Assembly (NCBI GenBank): GCA_964462335.1
Contig: CAYWYG010000001.1
Coordinates: 9,903-73,902, forward strand
Direction: 5' to 3'
DNA length: 64,000 nt
DNA from: an uncultured Candidatus Saccharibacteria bacterium
Lineage (GTDB): Bacteria > Patescibacteriota > Saccharimonadia > Saccharimonadales > Saccharimonadaceae
Part shown: positions 54,791-63,879 of the stretch, one piece after another
Position numbering within the stretch: the first letter of the stretch is position 1
Layout of the letters: each line of letters begins with the position of its first letter
Made by a program: the position numbers and the translations under genes
Notes under the pieces: generated by a model
Databases searched by the model: none
Told to the model about the DNA's origin: nothing
The model's input: only the letters and a program-made list of their open reading frames with translations

Positions 54791-54860
54791 AGTAACCAAC
54801 TGCAGGGAAGTTGACACGTGATCCACCCGGATCGCCGCGCTTCTCACGCGCAGATCGTAC

Positions 54861-55016
54861 ATGAAGGAAGTGGCTCAGTTGGCGAAGTGCAACGTCTGCA
54901 AGGACACCAAGGTCTGCCAGGGCTGCAAGGGCCGCAACCAGAAGTGCTCATGTGGCACCTGGGATGCGCTCGCCGGTGTGAACCGCGGTGGCGGGAAATG
55001 CCAAGCCTGCAAGTGA
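54861..55016 (+). CDS. 51-aa cysteine-rich (4 x Cxx/xC) putative zinc-binding mini-protein
   Basis: MKEVAQLAKCNVCKDTKVCQGCKGRNQKCSCGTWDALAGVNRGGGKCQACK. Very strong GC3 bias and no obvious SD. Not in the ORF track because it is shorter than 60 aa. Confidence 0.45.
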   Translation: MKEVAQLAKCNVCKDTKVCQGCKGRNQKCSCGTWDALAGVNRGGGKCQACK

Positions 55017-55041
55017 CCAACCGCCGGCGTCAGTCGGTCCC

Positions 55042-55115
55042 GCCTGTTTAGCTCAGAATGGCAGAGCACCCACGTTCTAAGTGGGAGGACGCCGCCTCGA
55101 AAACGGCAACAGGCT
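55042..55115 (+). tRNA. tRNA-Arg (anticodon TCT) with a non-canonical T arm; no CCA encoded
   Basis: Acceptor GCCTGTT/AACAGGC, D stem GCTC/GAGC, anticodon stem CCCAC/GTGGG with loop GTTCTAA. The T loop reads CTCGAAA, with a C53-A61 mismatch. Confidence 0.6.
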
Positions 55116-55220
55116 CTAGGACAGGTGCTGTATCGCGTCTCATACACGACGCAGCACGTGTCCGCACGACCTGCTCGGGTTCGCCTAGAGCGGGGGTCTC
55201 GTTGGGGAGAGCGAGACCGA

Positions 55221-55256
55221 GGGTGCGGCGGGGTGAGCAGAAGCTCCGCCGCACCC
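55221..55256 (+). terminator. 11-bp GC-rich hairpin
   Basis: GGGTGCGGCGG - 14 nt - CCGCCGCACCC, with no U-tract. Confidence 0.35.
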
Positions 55257-55386
55257 GACCAAACTTCCTTTATCACAACCCAAAGACTGAACGGTGGGAA
55301 AGGTTTTTCCTGATTTTCTGCTCACGCAGAATCTCAAGGCAATCCCAGGCTCTTCACTGAGCGTTCTCACCGTTCACCATACCACC

Positions 55387-55600
55387 GAGGCGGGGCTGCG
55401 ACCACCTGCGCGCCCCGTCTCGGTGCCTTACATACGACGATATTACATCACTGCGTTAAACGGCGCGCGTGGAAAGTGATATGTCGTCGCATGAGGTTGT
55501 GCCAGAGTAGTGACCGAGCTCACCGATGACTATCGGAATGAGCGTGAGGAGCTACTCTGGCACGACCAGACCTTGAGCCTGCATCCACGCAGGCTCTTTT
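55387..55600 (+). ncRNA. candidate structured RNA or leader ending in an intrinsic terminator about 105 nt upstream of dus
   Basis: A 12-bp stem CCGAGGCGGGGC/GCCCCGTCTCGG. A 12-bp stem GTGCCAGAGTAG (55499-55510) / CTACTCTGGCAC (55552-55563) enclosing CCGAT/ATCGG. Terminator GAGCCTGC-ATCCAC-GCAGGCTC followed by TTTT at 55575-55600. Confidence 0.3.
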
Positions 55601-55705
55601 CAATTGGAACTTTTTCCGCTTTCCGCTTAAGCGAGCACGGCTCGCGCCACCATCTCCCACCTACTATCTACCATCTACCAATAAATGCTATACTATACCC
55701 CTGTT

Positions 55706-56734
55706 ATGAACGTCTGGAATACGCTACCGCGACCATTTTTTGTCCTCGCCCCGATGGAGGCGGTGACCGACGTGGTATTTCGTCATGTCATCGCACGCGC
55801 TGCGCCGCCAGACCTCTACTACAGTGAATTTACCAATGCAACAGGCTGGGTGCATGCAGGTGAGAAAGCCATTCGTGGCCGCCTAGTCAAAACTGATGAC
55901 GAAAAACCCATCATCGCTCAGATATGGGGCGGTGAGCCAGGTGATATGGAAGCGCTTGCACGACATTGCAAAAAACTCGGTTATGACGGTATCGATATCA
56001 ATATGGGCTGCCCCGCCAAATCCGCGGTGAAATCGGGCGGCGCCGCACTTATCCGCCAACCCGACCTCGCGATCGCGGCGATCAAGGCAGCAAAATCGGC
56101 CGGTCTACCAGTCAGCGTCAAGACGCGTCTCGGCTATAGTCGTACTGATGAGTGGCGTGACTGGCTCACGCTCCTACTCCAACAAGACATCGCGGCGTTG
56201 ACGATACATCTTCGCAGTAAAAAAGAGATGAGCAAAGTACCCGCCCACTGGGAACTCATGCCAGACATCGTGAAACTACGTGATGAAATAGCTTCACAGA
56301 CTCTCATCGTCGGCAATGGCGACGTGCGCGATCGGACCCACGGACTAGAATTAGTCGAGCGATACGGTTGCGATGGTATCATGATCGGCAGGGGAGTGTT
56401 TACTGATCCATTTGCATTTGCGAAGCAAATTAGCGATGAGCAATTATCAATTTGCGATAAATTAGCAATTGGCAATGATCAAATTAATTGTAAATCGCAA
56501 ACTGCAAATTTATTGCCAGTCGCTCATCGCCAATTGCTCATTGGGCTCCTTCAGTACCACCTCGACCTCTACGATCAATATTCCACACAAACTCTGCGGC
56601 CCTACGACACACTCAAACGGTTTTTTAAGATCTATATCCGTGATTTTGACGGCGCGAGTGAATTACGTGAGAAATTGATGCATACCACTTCGACGAACGA
56701 AGTAAGAACTATCATTGACGAGATCGAAGCATAG
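55706..56734 (+). CDS. dus: tRNA-dihydrouridine synthase
   Basis: Start moved to MNVWNTL. FFVLAPMEAVTD and GIDINMGCPA (catalytic Cys) motifs, with a helical C-terminal domain. Confidence 0.85.
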   Translation: MNVWNTLPRPFFVLAPMEAVTDVVFRHVIARAAPPDLYYSEFTNATGWVHAGEKAIRGRLVKTDDEKPIIAQIWGGEPGDMEALARHCKKLGYDGIDINMGCPAKSAVKSGGAALIRQPDLAIAAIKAAKSAGLPVSVKTRLGYSRTDEWRDWLTLLLQQDIAALTIHLRSKKEMSKVPAHWELMPDIVKLRDEIASQTLIVGNGDVRDRTHGLELVERYGCDGIMIGRGVFTDPFAFAKQISDEQLSICDKLAIGNDQINCKSQTANLLPVAHRQLLIGLLQYHLDLYDQYSTQTLRPYDTLKRFFKIYIRDFDGASELREKLMHTTSTNEVRTIIDEIEA

Positions 56735-56789
56735 GCGTTAAATAATAGATGATGGCACTCAAACTGGGAAGGAGCAGTCGTGGATCACC

Positions 56790-56964
56790 GTGTGAGGTCA
56801 TCATGAGGCGGTCGGCTCGGGGAGAGAACGGGTGGCAACACCCACTACCTGCGATACGACGACCGTAACTGGCGTACGTATTCAGGCAAGCCCTCGAGCC
56901 ACCGTCCGCCTCTCACAAAAGTCCTGCCAGGTCCGCATCGATGCGGAGACCGACAGGACTTTTT
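56790..56964 (+). ncRNA. candidate orphan sRNA with a GNRA-capped hairpin and a compound terminator
   Basis: Long-range stem GAGGCGG-TCGGCTCGGGG / CCCTCGAGCCA-CCGTCCGCCTC. Hairpin GGGTG-GCAA-CACCC. Terminator AGTCCTG...CAGGACT followed by TTTTT at 56920-56964. No downstream gene lies on this strand. Confidence 0.35.
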
Positions 56965-57157
56965 CCTTCTATAGATTAAACTCACGCCCCCTCAATCCTA
57001 AAAATGACCATACCAAGCTGTATATTCACCACGCCCGATCGGTGATGGTAAATATACAGTAGAGCGCGGTCATACAGCACAGCCATACGTGCGTTTTATT
57101 TAATGTGAATAGTAAATAAGAGCTATGGATAGTGCGTCGATAAAAAACCGACAACTG

Positions 57158-58033
57158 TCATAGCCTCATAAGCAATCGCTGCGAACCATCAGTCAGAGCC
57201 ATGAGCGTCGCAATCGTGATCATGACCCGCGCCACGACAAAACGTTCTCGATCAAGATCCTGCGAGGGTAACGGAAATAGTGTCGCAGCAAGTTGTTTGG
57301 AACGCCAGATATCATAGCCAAATGCCTGCATGTCATCATGATCCGCGGCGAAACGATTAGAGGCAAGTGTCGTATCCGGGACGAAATTGATGATAAGTAA
57401 TACTTCTTGATGATTGCCTTCAAGCACTGAGACGCTGCCAGGCGCTTTTGACTCAAGCACATCGAGTACTTTGTCACGACCCGCAAAATAATCAGCAGAT
57501 CTACTCCTGAGGACAAGCCCTGCGCCCATGACGCGCAGGTAGTGATCACGGTTAAACTGGCCATCGAGGATCGCTTTGACCAGGCGCTTGTGATCCTCGA
57601 CAAGTTTGGGATCGGTCATACACTGCAGCACATGCTCGATACCATCGATCGCACCACACCCAACACCCTCATCGCGTTCGGTATTGTCGCGATGCCCGCC
57701 AGGCGAGAGTCCGAGACGGACGAAAGATTCGATCATAACCTCAGCATCGTTATAAAATGTACCTCGGGTGAGATCATCCTTATCTACTCCTAGACGATAG
57801 GCCAACGCCGCACCTGGCGCGCCGCCAGGAACCTGTGCTCCAAGATTGGACTCGTCGAGTGTGGGGTCATGTCGACCATCAATACACCGCGTCTTGGCAC
57901 CAGCGTGCATAGGGACGTAGTAGTTGTCGAGGTCACGTACGATAGCAGCACTATCGACAAATACGTGCTCAGCCGACACTTTGCCGGGCCATTTTTTGTC
58001 CGATAACCGTCCGAGATTGATAATCTGGCTCAT
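57158..58033 (-). CDS. hypothetical protein, last gene of the atp transcription unit
   Basis: 291 aa with RCIDGRH ... GGHRDNTERDEGVGCGAIDG, that is a CxDxR plus H...CG arrangement. No secure family assignment. Confidence 0.6.
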   Translation of the reverse strand: MSQIINLGRLSDKKWPGKVSAEHVFVDSAAIVRDLDNYYVPMHAGAKTRCIDGRHDPTLDESNLGAQVPGGAPGAALAYRLGVDKDDLTRGTFYNDAEVMIESFVRLGLSPGGHRDNTERDEGVGCGAIDGIEHVLQCMTDPKLVEDHKRLVKAILDGQFNRDHYLRVMGAGLVLRSRSADYFAGRDKVLDVLESKAPGSVSVLEGNHQEVLLIINFVPDTTLASNRFAADHDDMQAFGYDIWRSKQLAATLFPLPSQDLDRERFVVARVMITIATLMALTDGSQRLLMRL

Positions 58034-58050
58034 ATCCCACCCAAATTTAT

Positions 58051-58317
58051 TTATGCCGCTTTATGTTCTAGTTTTCGCAATCTACCGTCATGATCATCAA
58101 GACGTACATCATGATGCTGCAAGGATTCGCCAACTGCGTTCAAAATCTCGTCGAGTTTTTCGTCTTGCTCGTCGAGGCGAGATTTCACTTCGGCTATGTC
58201 AGATTTCACTTCGGCTATGTTCGACGACGTCGCCATATCTTCAAGCTGCAACGTAAGCTGCTGACTAATCGTAGCCTCGATAAATTGTTTGAGATCGGCG
58301 ATGTCATCTGATGTCAT
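58051..58317 (-). CDS. 88-aa coiled-coil protein with an internal 7-aa duplication
   Basis: NIAEVKS-DIAEVKS is encoded by a 21-nt tandem duplication (58180-58200 and 58201-58221, 20 of 21 identical). Lies 15 nt downstream of atpC. Confidence 0.55.
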   Translation of the reverse strand: MTSDDIADLKQFIEATISQQLTLQLEDMATSSNIAEVKSDIAEVKSRLDEQDEKLDEILNAVGESLQHHDVRLDDHDGRLRKLEHKAA

Positions 58318-58332
58318 AGTACTACTATACTC

Positions 58333-58752
58333 CTAGCGTTTACGACGACGCAAGCCAGCCACTTTGAGCCGGACGGCGTGACGGTCGATCTCCGCCTTGG
58401 CTTTTTCGAGCTCGGCAAGGTCTCTGACACTCTCGCGCAGCTTCGTCGCGCGGTCGAGGGCGGCGCGAGCCTCCTCTTCGATAATATCATCAGCCGTATC
58501 AGCTTCGTCGACAAGGATACGGATGCGAGTCGGGCTAACTTCGACCATACCTCCATAGGTTGCAAAATGCTCCATCTGGTCATCTGAGTCGCCTTTTTTG
58601 TCGCGAATCGAGATGACACCGTTGACGGCAAGTGTGACGATACGCTCGTGGCCCGGCATGACCGCGATCACGCCATCAGATGTTGGGATAAGTACCTCGT
58701 AGACATCGTCGTCAACTTTGACACCATCGAGGGTGATAAGCTCGAGTTTCAT
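58333..58752 (-). CDS. atpC: F1 ATP synthase subunit epsilon
   Basis: 139 aa with an N-terminal beta-sandwich (LELITLDGVKVDDDVYEVLIPTSDGVIAVMPGH) and a helical C-terminus. Confidence 0.9.
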   Translation of the reverse strand: MKLELITLDGVKVDDDVYEVLIPTSDGVIAVMPGHERIVTLAVNGVISIRDKKGDSDDQMEHFATYGGMVEVSPTRIRILVDEADTADDIIEEEARAALDRATKLRESVRDLAELEKAKAEIDRHAVRLKVAGLRRRKR

Positions 58753-58787
58753 AGCGTATCTCCTTTGGAGATGTGAGGCATGAGAAA

Positions 58788-58801
58788 TGAGGCATGAGTC
58801 A
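58788..58801. repeat. family-C inverted-repeat arm TGAGGCATGAGTCA; contains the four-helix-bundle stop codon
   Basis: Exact reverse complement of 59181-59194. Sits in an ATGAGGC/ATGAG array at 58773-58805. Confidence 0.7.
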
Positions 58802-59188
58802 TGAGCGAGAACTCCTTTGTTTGGTTGCGCGGATAAGACCTGTTAATATTTTGTGTACCTTAATCGATTGCGTACTTACTAATTTAAAATCATCTAGGAT
58901 CATATAGCCCACATCACGACTTATCATCAAATGACTTTGGAGTTCTGTAAGTGAGCCAAGAGACATCGTGTAAAAGTGTTCACGATCAGCAGATGTTTTA
59001 CGACTAAATCCTTCGGCAATATTCGCGCTCACAGATGTGGCAGCTCTTCTAATTTGCGAGGTCAGCGCAAACGTTTCTTCTTTGGGGAAATGCTTGGTAG
59101 CTTTATATATCATGACGGCAAGAGCGTGAGCTTCACGCCATGCATCTAAATCAGTAAACGATTTTATAGTTTCTGCCTCCTGACTCAT
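58799..59188 (-). CDS. four-helix-bundle protein (23S rRNA intervening-sequence protein family)
   Basis: 129 aa with FTDLDAWREAHALAVMIYKATKHFPKEETFALTSQIRRAATSVSANIAEGFSR, the textbook PF05635/TIGR02436 signature. Confidence 0.9.
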   Translation of the reverse strand: MSQEAETIKSFTDLDAWREAHALAVMIYKATKHFPKEETFALTSQIRRAATSVSANIAEGFSRKTSADREHFYTMSLGSLTELQSHLMISRDVGYMILDDFKLVSTQSIKVHKILTGLIRATKQRSSRS

Positions 59189-59194
59189 GCCTCA
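59181..59194. repeat. family-C inverted-repeat arm TGACTCATGCCTCA; contains the four-helix-bundle start codon
   Basis: Exact reverse complement of 58788-58801. Confidence 0.7.
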
Positions 59195-59212
59195 TAACTC
59201 CTGATATACATA

Positions 59213-60905
<1,693 letters not shown>

Positions 60906-60909
<4 letters not shown>

Positions 60910-61772
60910 TTCATCGCCTCCACGCCAGCGCTGATCTCAGATAATTCCTGTGTGATTGCGCTTTGGCGAACTTTGTTCATCTCGAGCGTCAGGTCATCGA
61001 TCAGATCGGTCGCGTTATCCGTCGCGTTTTTCATCGCCATGCGGCGCATGCTGTGCTCGGACGCTTTGGCATCGAGAACGGCCTGGTAGAGCTGTGATTC
61101 GAGCAGGCGAATCACCGCGCCTTCAAGCACTTCCTCGAGGCTCGGCTCAAAGTACGACTGCTGGATATCACGCGATACCTCAGTTGTCTCAAATGACGCG
61201 GGTAGCAGCGGGATGGTCGCTGCAGTCTGCGTGAAGCTATTGACGAACTCCGTCGTGATGATCGAGACTTCATCGACTATTCCGTCAATATAACGATCGA
61301 CCGCGGCCACGAGGATCGGGCGCATATCGGCAGCCGTCAGGTTCTCAGGCAGACCGGCGTAGACACCAGTGACTTCGAGGTCTTTGATCTTTGCGGCAAA
61401 CTGCGCGCCCTTTTTGCCCACCGCGAGCACTTCGGTTTTCACCCCATTTTTGCGATCTGCCTCGAGGAGTGCAATGAGCTGTTTGATGGCATTGGCGTTG
61501 AATGACCCGGCGAGGCCGCGATCACTGGTGATGATGATCGCAAGGCGTGCTTTTACAGGGCGCTGTTTGAAAAATACTGAGCCTTGGACGTCGAGCTTTT
61601 GGCCGAGTTGTGTCAATATTTCACGCGCTGCAGCAGAGTAGGGCAAAGACGCTTTGGTCGCATCCTGGGCACGTCGAAGCTTGCTCGCCGCGACGAGCTC
61701 CATCGCCTTAGTGATCTGTTTGTTGGATTTGACAGATCGGATACGGCTCTTAAGCTGACGCGTACTAGCCAT
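60906..61772 (-). CDS. atpG: F1 ATP synthase subunit gamma
   Basis: 288 aa with [36 protein letters not shown] and C-terminal ITQELSEI. Confidence 0.9.
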
Positions 61773-61980
61773 TATTCTCCCCTATGCCTATCATATTGCG
61801 TAGCATTGTACGCACTCGCGCATCCAACTCATCTTTTGGCATATCAGGATGTGCAGATACGAGATCAACGATCAAAGCAGATGTTAGTGCGATATCTCTT
61901 TCAATTCTATCTCGCTCATTTGCAGCAGCCCATGCTTGCCCCTCGGGAGTCCCCCGAAAACCGTCGTCATCAATACTCAT
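61765..61980 (-). CDS. 71-aa acidic hypothetical protein inserted between atpA and atpG
   Basis: ATGA overlap with the atpA stop (61977-61980) and an 8-nt overlap with the atpG start. Confidence 0.55.
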   Translation of the reverse strand: MSIDDDGFRGTPEGQAWAAANERDRIERDIALTSALIVDLVSAHPDMPKDELDARVRTMLRNMIGIGENNG

Positions 61981-63500
61981 GAACGAAACCCTTTCATGAC
62001 CTTCTCGGCGGCTTTTTCGATGAGAGCTATCATCTTGTCATCAGGCTTGTCGCCTTTGTTTAGTTCGGCCATGTCTTTTTTGTGGTCGCTCCCGAGAGCG
62101 GTGAGCAGGGCGTCGCGGGCATCGTTGACTTTTTCGATCGGTACGTCGTCAAAATGACCTTTGTCAGCGACGAGCAAGACAGCCGTCTGCTCCCAGACGC
62201 TTTTCGGCTGGTACTGCGGCTGCTTGAGCAGCTCTGTCAGGCGAACACCACGGTTCAGACGAGCCTGTGTGTCTTTGTCGAGATCGCTTCCGAACTGCGC
62301 AAATGCCGCCAGTTCGCGGTACTGCGCGAGACTAAGGCGAAGGTTACCCGAAACTGATTTGACCGCTTTGGTCTGGGCCGAACCACCGACACGCGAGACC
62401 GAGAGACCGACCGAGATAGCCGGGCGGATACCCTGATAAAACAGATCGGTTTCGAGGAAGATTTGACCATCGGTGATCGAGATGACATTGGTCGGGATGT
62501 AGGCAGAGATATCGCCCGCCTGCGTCTCGATGATAGGGAGTGCCGTCAGGCTACCTCCACCGAGATCATCGCTCAGTTTGGCAGCACGCTCCAGCAAGCG
62601 AGAGTGAAGATAAAAGACATCGCCTGGGTATGCCTCGCGACCTGGTGGACGGCGGAGCAGAAGTGACATCTGGCGGTAGGCGGCGGCGTGCTTGGTCAGG
62701 TCGTCATGGATGATGAGCGCGTGCTCGCTGTTGTCACGGAAATATTCACCCATGGCGGTACCGGCATACGGCGCGAGATAGAGCAGCGACGCTGGGTCAC
62801 TCGGGCCAGTCGCAACGACGATCGTCTGATCCATGACGCCTTCTTGCTCAAGACGGTCGACGAGGCGAGCGATCTTGCTCAGTTTTTGACCGATCGCGAC
62901 ATAGACGTTGACGACGCCCGTCTTTTGGCGACCTTGGTTGATCATGGTATCGAGTGCGATCGCGGTCTTACCAGTCTGGCGGTCACCGATGATCAGCTCA
63001 CGCTGCCCACGGCCGATCGGCACCATCGTGTCGATGGCGAGCAAGCCTGTCATCAGTGGTTCGGCTACCTTTTTGCGGCCCATCACGCCGATTGCTGGGC
63101 GCTCGATACGGCCAGTTGCTTTCGCCTTGATCGCGCCTTTGCCATCAAGCGGACGACCGAGCGGATCGACCACGCGGCCGAGTAGTTCGCGTCCGACAGG
63201 TACTTCGAGAACTTTGCCGGTACGCGAGACGCTGTCGCCAGCTTTCACTAGTGTATCGTCGCCGAGAAGTACCGCGCCGATCTCGTCTTCCATGAGGTTG
63301 AGCACGAATGCTTCCACGCCGCCGTGTGCCGTTTCGATAGTCACGACTTCGGCGTAGCCTGCCGAACTGAGGCCGTAAATCCACGCGACACCGTCGCCAA
63401 TACGCGTCACGACGCCTGATTGTTTCATGTCGGCCGTCGTCTGCAAGTTGGCGATCGCGCCGGCCAGTTCTTTACTCAGTGTTGCAACATCTATACTCAT
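61977..63500 (-). CDS. atpA: F1 ATP synthase subunit alpha
   Basis: GDRQTGKTA Walker A. 507 aa. Confidence 0.97.
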   Translation of the reverse strand: MSIDVATLSKELAGAIANLQTTADMKQSGVVTRIGDGVAWIYGLSSAGYAEVVTIETAHGGVEAFVLNLMEDEIGAVLLGDDTLVKAGDSVSRTGKVLEVPVGRELLGRVVDPLGRPLDGKGAIKAKATGRIERPAIGVMGRKKVAEPLMTGLLAIDTMVPIGRGQRELIIGDRQTGKTAIALDTMINQGRQKTGVVNVYVAIGQKLSKIARLVDRLEQEGVMDQTIVVATGPSDPASLLYLAPYAGTAMGEYFRDNSEHALIIHDDLTKHAAAYRQMSLLLRRPPGREAYPGDVFYLHSRLLERAAKLSDDLGGGSLTALPIIETQAGDISAYIPTNVISITDGQIFLETDLFYQGIRPAISVGLSVSRVGGSAQTKAVKSVSGNLRLSLAQYRELAAFAQFGSDLDKDTQARLNRGVRLTELLKQPQYQPKSVWEQTAVLLVADKGHFDDVPIEKVNDARDALLTALGSDHKKDMAELNKGDKPDDKMIALIEKAAEKVMKGFRS

Positions 63501-63509
63501 ATATCTCCT

Positions 63510-63878
63510 TTAGCTTGTCCTAAGTAGCTTTAGCTGCGTCCGCAGCGACGCGTCGAGCAATGTCTCGGGCGTTTTGATGATAATCCCACCGATCAGGTCG
63601 GCGTCGATGTGTTCACGAAGGGTCGTCGCAGCACCACCAACAGATGAGATAATGCGCTCACGCATCGACTCATCTATCGGCCGCGCGGTCGTCACATCGA
63701 TGATCACCGTACCGCGACGAGCCAGCGCCGCCTCGAGATCCGCGAGATAGCGGTCAGCCTGACTTGTCAATTTGTGGTCGACGAGATAGGCAGCGAGCTG
63801 CTGCATGACCTCACTCGTCGACTCGCCATCGACAAGGCGCTGAGCGAGATGATCAGTGACGCGGCGGCGACTCAGCAT
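63510..63878 (-). CDS. atpH: F1 ATP synthase subunit delta (OSCP), short form of 122 aa
   Basis: The track ORF was shortened to the Met lying 1 nt after the atpF stop. C-terminal IGGIIIKTPETLLDASLRTQL is delta-like. About 55 aa shorter than E. coli delta. Confidence 0.75.
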   Translation of the reverse strand: MLSRRRVTDHLAQRLVDGESTSEVMQQLAAYLVDHKLTSQADRYLADLEAALARRGTVIIDVTTARPIDESMRERIISSVGGAATTLREHIDADLIGGIIIKTPETLLDASLRTQLKLLRTS

Positions 63879-63879
63879 A

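Noticed and set aside
54818-55051. The 77-aa track ORF (GTG start) overlapping the Cys-rich mini-ORF in another frame.
   Set aside because: The Cys-rich frame shows a clean G/C third-position periodicity and a regular CxxC pattern. The 77-aa frame is Gly/Arg/Pro-rich shadow sequence.
55260-55600. RNase P RNA or a T-box/riboswitch class assignment for the GC-rich stems.
   Set aside because: None of the following were seen: GAGGAAAGUCC or ACAGAAnnnnGGCUUA-type P4 sequences, a T-box AGGGTGGnACCGCG motif, or any other class signature.
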